This document shows, one piece after another, positions 18,505 to 27,672 of a stretch of 64,000 nucleotides of DNA. Below the pieces are notes generated by a model, which saw only the letters and a program-made list of their open reading frames with translations, was not told where the DNA came from and ran no database searches. Position 1 is the stretch's first letter; the number at the start of each line of letters is the position of its first letter. The translations under genes were made by a program, and so were the position numbers. The stretch spans positions 186,001 through 250,000 of IMG/VR virus record IMGVR_UViG_3300017917_001996. One strand, 5' to 3'.

Positions 18505-18933
18505 GTGAAGAGATTTTTATTAAAATCTACTAGAAATAAAATGTCAAAATCTCAACTCAAACGTTTTCAAAAAAATAACGGAACTTTCCTCGGAAGGGCA
18601 CACAGCGTTGAGACGCGAGCAAAAATGTCACAGAAAGCATCACGACCTAAATCAGACAAATGGAGAGAGAGTGCATCTAAGAATAGAAAAGGTAGACAGG
18701 CACATAATAAAGGTATTTTACATTCAGAAGAAACTAAGCAAAAAATAAGAGAATCAGTTAAAGGTGAAAAAAACGGATTTTATGGTAAACACCATTCCGC
18801 TGAACAACGTGAAAAAAAACGACAGGAAAAACTTACATCTCCTAGACATACTTGTCCTCATTGTAGTAAAATAGTTGATGCAATGAATTATGCTAGATGG
18901 CACGGCAATAATTGTAAAAAGAGGATTATATGA
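18505..18933 (+). CDS. NUMOD3-repeat protein without a nuclease domain (homing-endonuclease remnant)
   Basis: HSVETRAKMS, HSEETKQKIRES, KNGFYGKHHS; C-terminal CPHC...RWHGNNCK; A-rich DNA. Confidence 0.6.
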   Translation: MKRFLLKSTRNKMSKSQLKRFQKNNGTFLGRAHSVETRAKMSQKASRPKSDKWRESASKNRKGRQAHNKGILHSEETKQKIRESVKGEKNGFYGKHHSAEQREKKRQEKLTSPRHTCPHCSKIVDAMNYARWHGNNCKKRII

Positions 18934-19538
18934 TATTAGGCTTAGTGGGTTTCATTGGTTCTGGCAAAGATACAGCAGCAGATTATCTAGTTAACTTTCA
19001 CGAGTTCCAGCGTGAAAGTTTTGCCTCTACACTTAAAGATGCAGTGTCTAATGTGTTCGGTTGGAACAGAGAATTACTCGAAGGGCGCACAAAGCATAGT
19101 CGAGAATGGCGTGAACAGCCCGATGAATGGTGGAGCAATCGACTAAACATGCATATTACTCCACGTTGGATATTGCAAAACTGGGGTACTAATGTACTGC
19201 GACAGCATTTCCATGATGATATCTGGATTGCCAGCTTAGAAAACAAACTGCGCCAAAGTAAAAACAATGTGGTAATTAGCGATTGTAGATTCCCTAACGA
19301 AATTACAGCACTACGACGCCAGGGTGGGCGTGTAATTTGGATCAAGCGTGGACACCTTCCTGTATGGTACGAGAATGCAGTATTAGCTAACCAAGGCGAT
19401 ATCTATGCTATTGAGTATCTTGAAGAAAACAATATACATCCTAGCGAAACGTCGTGGGCAGGAACTAACTTTGATCAGGTAATTGACAATAATGGGTCCA
19501 TTGAAGACCTATATAGCCAACTTAAAAATCTGGTATAA
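18930..19538 (+). CDS. gp1: Deoxynucleoside monophosphate kinase (T4 gp1-like)
   Basis: GFIGSGKDT P-loop, SFASTLKD, PRWILQNWGT, VISDCRFPNE, HPSE, IDNNGS. Confidence 0.85.
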   Translation: MILGLVGFIGSGKDTAADYLVNFHEFQRESFASTLKDAVSNVFGWNRELLEGRTKHSREWREQPDEWWSNRLNMHITPRWILQNWGTNVLRQHFHDDIWIASLENKLRQSKNNVVISDCRFPNEITALRRQGGRVIWIKRGHLPVWYENAVLANQGDIYAIEYLEENNIHPSETSWAGTNFDQVIDNNGSIEDLYSQLKNLV

Positions 19539-19863
19539 TTGGACCAGGCCGCCAACCAGTTTTTGTTATTTCTGCTTGGCAGTTCAAACACACTGTTTTT
19601 AAGTTAGCCCAATTGATGTTGTCTGTATTTCCGTCTGTATAGAACACATTTGACTGACTAAGGAACTTAAACTTAAACCCACAGCGGTCACATTTATCAG
19701 ATTTGCGGTAACCCGAGCGATACCAATTTGGTGCCTCGGGCTTTACCTTTTTTCCTCTGTGAATACAGCTAATGCAGGTTGTTCGATAATAAGCCTTACC
19801 ATTGCGGTAGTAGTTTAATGACACAGGATATTGTCGGCAAACAGGGCATATCTTTCTTTGCAT
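19522..19863 (-). CDS. Zn-binding protein with a degenerate HNH-like C-terminus
   Basis: CPVC...CISC; CDRCG...FYTDGNTDNINWANLKTVCLNC. Start placed at ATG 19863, 5 nt after GATAAGTA. Confidence 0.6.
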   Translation of the reverse strand: MQRKICPVCRQYPVSLNYYRNGKAYYRTTCISCIHRGKKVKPEAPNWYRSGYRKSDKCDRCGFKFKFLSQSNVFYTDGNTDNINWANLKTVCLNCQAEITKTGWRPGPIIPDF

Positions 19864-19928
19864 ATACTTACTTATCCTTAAAGGACCATGTAAAGGACCG
19901 CTAACCAGCTCGTTTTTGTAACTTAAAA

Positions 19929-19935
19929 ATAAATA
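19929..19935 (+). promoter_or_regulatory. Late-type promoter ATAAATA for the tail sheath gene
   Basis: Upstream of SD AAAGGA and ATG 19967. Confidence 0.6.
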
Positions 19936-19966
19936 ACTACAACCACGTTTACAAAGGACGATTATC

Positions 19967-22900
19967 ATGGCATTAGTATCACCAGGTTTACAACTAACAA
20001 TCACAGACGAGAGCCAGTACCTACCAACAGCAGTTGGTACTGTACCGTTTGTTGTTGTTGCTACCGCTGAAAATAAAAAAATTAATAACGTAACTGCACC
20101 AGGAACCTTAAAGGCTAATGCTGGTAAAGTCTACGGAATCACAAGCCAGCGCGAGTTGGCAACTACATTTGGTTACCCACTATTCCGTCAGAGTAGTGCT
20201 GGAACACCACTACACGGAAATGAATTAAACGAATATGGCTTAATGGCTGCTTACAGTGCATTAGGACTTGGAAATCGTGTTTGGGTAGTACGTGCTGACA
20301 TTGACCTAGATCAACTAGTTGGTACTTCTACTAGACCAACAGGAAATCCTGCAGATGGTACAAATTGGTTTGACACATCCTCAACCAGTTTTGGACTATT
20401 TGAATACAATAGAGAAAAAGACAAGTATGACAAAGTAACACCAATGTTGCTGACAACATACGATCAAGTTGATCTAGTTGGCGGTGTTGCAACACCAAAA
20501 GCATCTATTGGATCTATCGGTGACTATGCTGTATTTGTAAAAGAAGATACAAATAAGCTATTTTACAAAGCATCTGACAATGCTTGGAAGGCAGTTGGTT
20601 CTGCAAGCTGGAAAGATGCTCTACCTGTTGCAACAAGTACGACTTCAACAGTTAGTTTACCAGCTGGTAGTGCATTTAAGATTAACGGCACAACTGTTGA
20701 ATACACTAATGCTGGAGCCACAGCACTTACTTCAATGTCAGCACTAAAGACATTGATCGATTCGGCTGCAATTGCTGGTATTACTACTAGAATTAACTCA
20801 AATGGACAGTTAGAAATTCTTGCTGCCTCAAATGCTACCAACGGTGCTGCAAAAATTGAGTCTGCGAGTATTGCCACAGTAACTGCTGGTAATTTTGTAG
20901 TAGGACGTAGATACAAAATTAAAACAGTTGGTACAACAAGTTTTACAGCAATCGGGGCCTCGGCAAACGTAATAGGCACTATCTTCACTGCAAGTGGTGT
21001 TGGTTCTGGTAACGGCGATGCTGATCCTGTAGTTGAAAGTAGCTTAACAAGCATTGGTATTGACAATGCAACTTATGGCCGCGCTGAAGTACAGCATAGC
21101 TCATATGCATCTGTTCCAGAGTGGGCAATTGGAGAAACTGTTACTCGTCCAAGCGGAAGCCTATGGATCAAGACTACTGCACAAAGCAATGGTGCTAATT
21201 TTGTTGTTAAAAAATACAATTCTAGCCTAGGTGCTTGGAACACAATTGCAATGCCAATGTATGCTGACGGTTTTGAGGCTCTAAACGGGCTAGATCCTCT
21301 AGGTGGTGGCGTTAATATTTCCGTTGGAAGTTCTTTTGTCAAGTACAATCCTTTAAACAACGGTCAAGTTGGCTTCAAGTTTTACACATTAAAAACTCGT
21401 GGCGCTACAAAAGTAACAGGTGCTACTCCTGGCGTATTCACTTCAGGTGATTCTTTCAGTATAGTAGCTTCGAGTCCTGGTACTGCCAGTGTTACAACAT
21501 ACAATTGCACTATTAGTGGTACAACTGCAAGTGATTTTGTAGCATCTATTCTAGCAGCCAACATTCCAAATGTTACAGCACAACTTGATAATGGTGTTGT
21601 CAGTATTACTCATAAAACTGGCGGTATTGTTACACTAACAAACCTAACTGGAACACCAGTTACAACTGCTGGTTTCAATGCAAACACCTCCGGTGTTGTT
21701 GCTGATATTTGCTCAGGTGCTATTAACCTAACAAATTGGATCCCTACAGTTTACACATTCAGTAACCTTAAGCCATCTACCGATCCTAGCACCGGTACAC
21801 TTTGGTACTATATGAACCCAGCTGATGTTGATGTTATGATTAACACATCAACTGGTTGGAAAGGTTACCGTAATGTAACACGTGATGCTAGAGGTTACGA
21901 TCTATCCTTAACAGATCCAAATGGCGTTATTGTAAGCCCAACCAAGCCAACAACACAAAGTGGCTCTGCTGGTTCTGCACTAAAGCCAGGCGATCTATGG
22001 CTAGACACTAGCGATCTAGAAAACTATCCAAAGATTTATCGTTACAATGTAACAAATACTTGGGATTTAATTGATAATACCGACAAGACAAGCCAAAACG
22101 GCATTGCGTTTGCTGATGCACGTTGGGGCGGTTCTGGTACTGTAAATCCAGTTAGCGATGCATTCCCATCCGTTGCTAGCTTATTGACTAGCGATTATCT
22201 AGATCCAGATGCTCCAGACTATCGTTTATATCCACGTGGTACATTGTTGTTTAATACACGCCGCAGCGGCTACACCGTTAAGCGTTTTGTTGTTAATCAC
22301 TTTAACACAACATCGTTTAATGTTTCTGCAGGCGAGCTACCAGAGCAAACATCTGCATGGGTAAGCCAGCTTTCATTTAAGGCTGATGGTTCACCATACA
22401 TGGGTCACCAGGCACAGCGTCAAGCTGTAGTTGGCGCAATGAAGGCTGCTGTCGATGGAAACCTAGAGCTAAGAGAAGAAGGTTATCAGTTTAACATTCT
22501 AACTGCTCCTGGATATCCTGAACTAGTTAGCAACCTAGTAGCTCTGAACAGAGATCGTGCTGAGACTGGTTTCATTATTGGTGACACACCAATGGATCTA
22601 GTTGGTACATTAGGCGCAATTACCAAGTATGGCAACTCTATTGCAACTGGTGATTCTAATGTTGGATTGTTCTATCCAAGCGCATTAACCACAGACTTGA
22701 GTGGTAATGAAATTGCTGTTCCTGCTAGCCACATGATGTTACGTGTATTCCTACACAGCGACAACATGAGCTATCAGTGGTTTGCGCCAGCTGGTACACG
22801 TCGTGGTCTAGTAGACAATGCTACTGCAATTGGTTATGTTGACAGCAAAACTGGTCTATTTGTAAGAACAGGTGTAAGCCAACAGCTACGTGACGCTCTA

Positions 22901-23314
22901 TACGAGCTACGTATTAACCCAATTACACTACTACCAGGTTCTGGAATTGTTGCTTATGGTCAGAAGACTCTAAACCCAACAGCAGGATCGGCACTAGATC
23001 GCATCAACGTTGCACGTTTGGTAAACTATCTACGTACAGTACTACGTGGTGTAGCTAACCAGTTCTTGTTTGAGCCTAACGATAAGTTAACTCGTGATCA
23101 AGTTAAGCAAACTGTTGAAAGCGTATTCAACGATTTAGTTGCCAAGCGTGGTGTTTATGACTACCTAGTTGTTTGCGACACAACTAACAACACGCCAGAC
23201 CGTATTGCTCGTAATGAACTATACGTTGATGTTGCAGTTGAGCCAATGAAGGATGTCGAATTCATCTACATCCCAATTAGATTGAAGAACCCAGGATCAA
23301 TCGCTGCTGCTTAA
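19967..23314 (+). CDS. gp18: Contractile tail sheath protein (T4 gp18-like), enlarged (1115 aa)
   Basis: MALVSPGLQLTITDES; C-terminal WFAPAGTRRG, LYELRINPI, RINVARL, FLFEPND, IDxNELYVDVAVEP-type motifs. Confidence 0.92.
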   Translation: MALVSPGLQLTITDESQYLPTAVGTVPFVVVATAENKKINNVTAPGTLKANAGKVYGITSQRELATTFGYPLFRQSSAGTPLHGNELNEYGLMAAYSALGLGNRVWVVRADIDLDQLVGTSTRPTGNPADGTNWFDTSSTSFGLFEYNREKDKYDKVTPMLLTTYDQVDLVGGVATPKASIGSIGDYAVFVKEDTNKLFYKASDNAWKAVGSASWKDALPVATSTTSTVSLPAGSAFKINGTTVEYTNAGATALTSMSALKTLIDSAAIAGITTRINSNGQLEILAASNATNGAAKIESASIATVTAGNFVVGRRYKIKTVGTTSFTAIGASANVIGTIFTASGVGSGNGDADPVVESSLTSIGIDNATYGRAEVQHSSYASVPEWAIGETVTRPSGSLWIKTTAQSNGANFVVKKYNSSLGAWNTIAMPMYADGFEALNGLDPLGGGVNISVGSSFVKYNPLNNGQVGFKFYTLKTRGATKVTGATPGVFTSGDSFSIVASSPGTASVTTYNCTISGTTASDFVASILAANIPNVTAQLDNGVVSITHKTGGIVTLTNLTGTPVTTAGFNANTSGVVADICSGAINLTNWIPTVYTFSNLKPSTDPSTGTLWYYMNPADVDVMINTSTGWKGYRNVTRDARGYDLSLTDPNGVIVSPTKPTTQSGSAGSALKPGDLWLDTSDLENYPKIYRYNVTNTWDLIDNTDKTSQNGIAFADARWGGSGTVNPVSDAFPSVASLLTSDYLDPDAPDYRLYPRGTLLFNTRRSGYTVKRFVVNHFNTTSFNVSAGELPEQTSAWVSQLSFKADGSPYMGHQAQRQAVVGAMKAAVDGNLELREEGYQFNILTAPGYPELVSNLVALNRDRAETGFIIGDTPMDLVGTLGAITKYGNSIATGDSNVGLFYPSALTTDLSGNEIAVPASHMMLRVFLHSDNMSYQWFAPAGTRRGLVDNATAIGYVDSKTGLFVRTGVSQQLRDALYELRINPITLLPGSGIVAYGQKTLNPTAGSALDRINVARLVNYLRTVLRGVANQFLFEPNDKLTRDQVKQTVESVFNDLVAKRGVYDYLVVCDTTNNTPDRIARNELYVDVAVEPMKDVEFIYIPIRLKNPGSIAAA

Positions 23315-23325
23315 TTGGCAGTAAC

Positions 23326-23354
23326 AAAATAGGCACAGCAATGTGCCTATTTTT
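23326..23354 (+). terminator. Rho-independent terminator
   Basis: AAAATAGGCACA-GCAA-TGTGCCTATTTTT. Confidence 0.8.
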
Positions 23355-23417
23355 ATGACCAAAAATTAACAATAGTTTTAATGATTTTTATACCCGAAGA
23401 AAATTTATCCAAAAAAT

Positions 23418-23425
23418 GATAAATA
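23418..23425 (+). promoter_or_regulatory. Late-type promoter GATAAATA
   Basis: Upstream of SD AGGAG and ATG 23451. Confidence 0.65.
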
Positions 23426-23450
23426 TTTTTAACAGATTTAGGAGAAGACC

Positions 23451-24068
23451 ATGGCAGTAGCCTCACTCACAAGATTTACAGTACCTTTAGCAAACAACCA
23501 GAGTGCTAGCACTCAAGGTCTACTAATGCCTAAGCTACAGTATCGTTTCAGAGTTAGTTTCGAAGGCTTTGGTGTAAGCACCAACCGTATGGAACTAACT
23601 AAACAAGTTGTTTCTTTTACTCGTCCAACAGTTAACTTTGTTGATGTTGACGTTCATGTTTACAACAGTATTGTTAGACTAGCAGGTAAGCATTCGTGGA
23701 CTGACGTAACCACAAGCATCCGTGATGATGCAGCTGGTAACGTTACACGATTAGTTGGCGAACAGCTACAAAAGCAATTTGACTTTATGGAGCAAAGTAG
23801 TGCAGCCAGCGGCAGCGATTACAAGTTCATCACACGTTGCGAAATGTTAGATGGTGGTAACGGTGCTAATGAGCCAACTATCCTTGAGACATGGGAACTA
23901 TACGGTTGCTACATTAAAGAAGCTAACTATCAAGAAGTTAACTATGCTAACAGCGACCCTGTAACTATCCAGTTAAGCATTAGATTTGATAATGCTGTGC
24001 AAGTTCCAGGTGGTTCTGGTATTGGTACATTTATTGGACGTACTATCGGCGAAAACATTACTCAGTAA
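23451..24068 (+). CDS. gp19: Tail tube protein (T4 gp19-like)
   Basis: Follows the sheath; RPTVNF...LAGKHSW..VTTSIRDD...WELYGCYI...ITxRFDNA-type pattern. Confidence 0.85.
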   Translation: MAVASLTRFTVPLANNQSASTQGLLMPKLQYRFRVSFEGFGVSTNRMELTKQVVSFTRPTVNFVDVDVHVYNSIVRLAGKHSWTDVTTSIRDDAAGNVTRLVGEQLQKQFDFMEQSSAASGSDYKFITRCEMLDGGNGANEPTILETWELYGCYIKEANYQEVNYANSDPVTIQLSIRFDNAVQVPGGSGIGTFIGRTIGENITQ

Positions 24069-24084
24069 TATATTCGCTTACTCT

Positions 24085-24110
24085 AAAAGGGCCCTAGTTG
24101 GCCCTTTTTT
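24085..24110 (+). terminator. Rho-independent terminator
   Basis: AAAAGGGCC-CTAGTT-GGCCCTTTTTT. Confidence 0.8.
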
Positions 24111-24141
24111 TATGGCATAAATATTTGTACTAAGGATTATT

Positions 24142-25752
24142 ATGGCCGATATTTTTTCTGATTTAGCTAACTTTGCTGGAGACACTCTAAGGCAGGTGAT
24201 TACTCCTGACAATGTCAGGGATTATACTCATGCCAGTAAGTTGTTTGTTGGCGACCAGTATAGACTAGTTCCAAAGAACGGCTTTCTGTTTCACGTATTC
24301 ATTGATATTAATAATCCCTACCTAGACTTTCAAAATCCAAACTCACTAAGTGAAGTAGGTCTTATGGTTAAGAGTGCGGATCTACCGAGATTTACCGTTG
24401 AAACAAAAACACTCAATGCCTATAACAGACCAAACATTGTACAAAATAAAATTCGTTACGATCCTATAACAATTGCATTCCATGACGACAGTAATAACCT
24501 AATTCGTAATTTTTGGTCATCGTACATGAAGTATTACTACAGAGATAGTGATTACGCAGAGAATTCTTATGCTATCCCACACAAGTATTCACCACAACAA
24601 CTTAGTGGCTTTGGTTATTCGCCGCAACAGACTGCGCCTTATTTAAAGTGTATTCGTTTATATAGTTTGCATCAAAAGAGATTCAGTGAATACATTCTTA
24701 TTAATCCTATAATTAAGTCGATGAGACATGGTTCACATGCCCAGGATAAAATGGAAACTATGCAACATGAGATGACCATCGAATACGAAGCAGTTTTGTA
24801 CAACAGTGGTCGTACTTCTTTGGGTAACCCTAAAGGATTTGCTTTGTTACACTATGACACAATGCCAAGTCCAATTACCGGAGCAGGTGGTGGAGCAAGA
24901 TCGATATTTGGCCCAGGCGGTCTAATAGACACTGGCAAAGATGTTTTAGATGATATAAGTAATGGTAACTTTGGATCTGCGATATTCAAGGCAGCACGTG
25001 GTATTAACAATGCACGTGGTATGAATCTAAAAACCACTGCTATTACAGAGATAACAGATGCATTTAACCGCAGTATCAGGGAAAGTGTGACTTCTCAAAG
25101 AATTATGGTACCCAATATGACAGGGACATCTGGTATTGTTAATTCACCTTACAGTGGAATTGGAGTTAGCAATGCTGTGGCTGCTCTCGCTGGTGTTGTT
25201 GCTATCAGAGAAACAAGAGTTCCGGAACCGTTGAACAATCAACGCATCAATGACATACGACAGTCTACAGCCAGTGAGTATTCGTCGCAACTTACAAATT
25301 ATAAAAAAACCTTTCCTCCTAATCCTGGTATAGTTGCCAGTGCAAGTAATACAGGATCGTTGACGTTGCTCAATGACCAAAATACAATAAGACCGATTGG
25401 AGTTCAAGGTACAATTAACGAGACTACTCGAAAACAACAATTAGATAATAATATTAAATCAGCATCGGATGCAGTTACCAACGCCACTGTAGAATTAGCC
25501 AGAGCTAAGAATCAAGAAGCTAATGCCACTGCTGCTATAAGCATGTTAAACATAAAATTAAATGCAGCTCGTGCATTACCTTTATACAATCCTAGTAGAG
25601 AAGGCCTAATTCAACAATTAACACAAAGCATCGAACAGCAACAAAAAATTAAAGAAGATGCTGCTGCATTGGTTGCTACACTGACTGCCAAGCTGGCATT
25701 GCTAACACAAAAATTACAGGCTTTGAAATCTGAAAAGGATGCAATAAGATAA
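24142..25752 (+). CDS. Tail-tube-like baseplate protein (gp54/gp48-like) with a long C-terminal coiled-coil extension
   Basis: VKSADLPRFTVET...YNRP...YDPITIAFHDD tube-fold motifs; late promoter CATAAATA at 24116-24123. Confidence 0.6.
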   Translation: MADIFSDLANFAGDTLRQVITPDNVRDYTHASKLFVGDQYRLVPKNGFLFHVFIDINNPYLDFQNPNSLSEVGLMVKSADLPRFTVETKTLNAYNRPNIVQNKIRYDPITIAFHDDSNNLIRNFWSSYMKYYYRDSDYAENSYAIPHKYSPQQLSGFGYSPQQTAPYLKCIRLYSLHQKRFSEYILINPIIKSMRHGSHAQDKMETMQHEMTIEYEAVLYNSGRTSLGNPKGFALLHYDTMPSPITGAGGGARSIFGPGGLIDTGKDVLDDISNGNFGSAIFKAARGINNARGMNLKTTAITEITDAFNRSIRESVTSQRIMVPNMTGTSGIVNSPYSGIGVSNAVAALAGVVAIRETRVPEPLNNQRINDIRQSTASEYSSQLTNYKKTFPPNPGIVASASNTGSLTLLNDQNTIRPIGVQGTINETTRKQQLDNNIKSASDAVTNATVELARAKNQEANATAAISMLNIKLNAARALPLYNPSREGLIQQLTQSIEQQQKIKEDAAALVATLTAKLALLTQKLQALKSEKDAIR

Positions 25753-26132
25753 TGGCAACAAAACCGTCAAACTTAACTTCAGTAAATGCAGTAGAAATTA
25801 CATCTGGACAAGTTCCTTCATTTTTTAATAATTTCTATCAACCTGCCTATTCAGTGTCTCAGAATGTTGACGATGCTGTGCTAGCATTTTTTGAAAAAAT
25901 AACAGATGGACGTGAAGCTGCTAAAATTATGGCCAGTGCAGTTATCTATACTAGTTTGGCACAAAACATAGATCCATTGGAAACACTGCAAAAGTTTTCT
26001 ACTATGTCGTCGGAAGACTTAAATTCTTATGTAGCCATGTTCTTAAACTTAAACAGAGTTGGCACAAGCTACTTAGGAATTAATAATCGCCCACGTACAG
26101 GAAAATACGTGGCAAGAATGATTCGTCCATGA
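25752..26132 (+). CDS. Hypothetical protein (126 aa)
   Basis: ATG overlaps the upstream TAA in the structural operon. Confidence 0.65.
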   Translation: MATKPSNLTSVNAVEITSGQVPSFFNNFYQPAYSVSQNVDDAVLAFFEKITDGREAAKIMASAVIYTSLAQNIDPLETLQKFSTMSSEDLNSYVAMFLNLNRVGTSYLGINNRPRTGKYVARMIRP

Positions 26133-26563
26133 GTAAGTACGCACAAGGAAAGTATCAGATAAAAAATCCCGAAAAGTACACAGGCCGTAAAACCCCTACA
26201 TACCGTAGTTCGTGGGAATTTACATTTTGTACTTTTTGCGACAATAACCCAGCAGTGATACAATGGGCCAGTGAACCCTTTATGATTCCTTACAGGAATC
26301 CTTTAACTGGTAAGAATACTATATACGTTCCAGATTTTTTAATTGTGTACATGGATAAAAATCAGCAAAAACACGCTGAAGTAATTGAAGTAAAACCATT
26401 GAAAGAAACAACATTTGAGTCAGCTAAGACTGTTAGAGATAAAGCCGCTGTAGCACTTAATATGGCTAAATGGGAAGCTGCTCGTGCTTTTTGTAAGTCA
26501 TACGGGTTAAAGTTTAGAGTAGTTACAGAACATGATATCTATCAGGGCGCCCGCCGCCGATAA
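26129..26563 (+). CDS. gp4: Head completion nuclease (T4 gp4-like, TnsA-like fold)
   Basis: KNPEKY...YRSSWE...WASE...IPY...YVPDF...IEVKP...N.AKWEAA..FC......FRVVTE. Confidence 0.88.
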   Translation: MSKYAQGKYQIKNPEKYTGRKTPTYRSSWEFTFCTFCDNNPAVIQWASEPFMIPYRNPLTGKNTIYVPDFLIVYMDKNQQKHAEVIEVKPLKETTFESAKTVRDKAAVALNMAKWEAARAFCKSYGLKFRVVTEHDIYQGARRR

Positions 26564-26571
26564 ATATTCAT

Positions 26572-27066
26572 ATGACTAAGAAACTTGAAGAATTGTTTAA
26601 TTTGCCCGAAGGCGCCGAGCCTACACCTGAGCAAGAGAAAATGATTGCAGAAAGCCAAGAAAACCTTGAAGTGGCTAATGATATAATTGACCGAATCGAT
26701 CAAGCATTACCACAAGTCAAAGAACTGGATTCTGCTGACGATGAACTAGATGAGCTATCTAACCTTGCCAAGGAAAAGTTTCAAGATTTAATGGATTTAG
26801 GCATGAATGTTGAAGCACGTTTTAGTGGTACTATACTACAAACTGCTGGAGTCTTATTAGGACATGCTATTACTGCTAAACAAGCCAAAATTGATAAAAA
26901 GCTACGGATGGTTGATCTTCAATTAAAGAAAATGCGTTTAGATCAAGCTGCTAGTAAAGATGGAGATAAACTGCCTCCGATTGAAGGACATGCTACAGTA
27001 ATTGATAGAAATGAGCTGCTAAAGCAGATTCTAGCTAGTTCTAAATCCGAAAAGTCAGACAAATAA
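26572..27066 (+). CDS. Probable terminase small subunit (gp16-like)
   Basis: Helical acidic protein; the LxDLQLKK and terminal VIDRNELLK segments parallel gp16-like proteins; late promoter GATAAATA at 26559. Confidence 0.4.
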   Translation: MTKKLEELFNLPEGAEPTPEQEKMIAESQENLEVANDIIDRIDQALPQVKELDSADDELDELSNLAKEKFQDLMDLGMNVEARFSGTILQTAGVLLGHAITAKQAKIDKKLRMVDLQLKKMRLDQAASKDGDKLPPIEGHATVIDRNELLKQILASSKSEKSDK

Positions 27067-27092
27067 CATAAATATAGATATTAGGATTACCT

Positions 27093-27671
27093 ATGAAACC
27101 CTTTGCTCAATACCTACATGAAATGAATAAAGTCTATGAGTTCAGCATTAAAGTTGCTGGCATAGACTGCGACAAAACCCAACAGGAAAAGCTAAAGTCT
27201 GCTTTGGAGACTTATGCGGTTGAACATTTTGGACCAGTTAAAAGACTGCCAATTCAAGAACACGCAGACTTTCCGGGCTGTGGTCCAATGGAATGCCACA
27301 TGATTGATGTATCAGTTCGTTATCCTGTAGTCAGTGATCAAGTTGCACAATTAGTTGCCGAGAAGCTAAACATGCCTCGCAAGCAAGTCTTAGTTCGTAC
27401 CAAGGGCGAAGAAGCAATTCTAACCCAAACATTTGAGCCCAAAAAAGCCAAAGATGGTAGCGTACTAAACAATCCAGAACTAGACAGTGGTTCGGCTCAG
27501 GACCTAGTCGGTGAAGCTCGTAAAGAAAGTATGCTCAAAGAGTTAGAGTCACGTAAGTATGAATTTGCTGCCAAACCGGAAGCAGTTAAGACAGCAGACA
27601 TTCCAACTAACAACACAAGCCCAGTTGGTTCACGTCAAAACAAAATACCCAGCCCAGTAAAAGGAAAATAA
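27093..27671 (+). CDS. Probable internal head protein (leader MKPFAQYLHE)
   Basis: Leader resembles the T4 capsid-targeting sequence; late promoter CATAAATA at 27067. Confidence 0.6.
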   Translation: MKPFAQYLHEMNKVYEFSIKVAGIDCDKTQQEKLKSALETYAVEHFGPVKRLPIQEHADFPGCGPMECHMIDVSVRYPVVSDQVAQLVAEKLNMPRKQVLVRTKGEEAILTQTFEPKKAKDGSVLNNPELDSGSAQDLVGEARKESMLKELESRKYEFAAKPEAVKTADIPTNNTSPVGSRQNKIPSPVKGK

Positions 27672-27672
27672 A

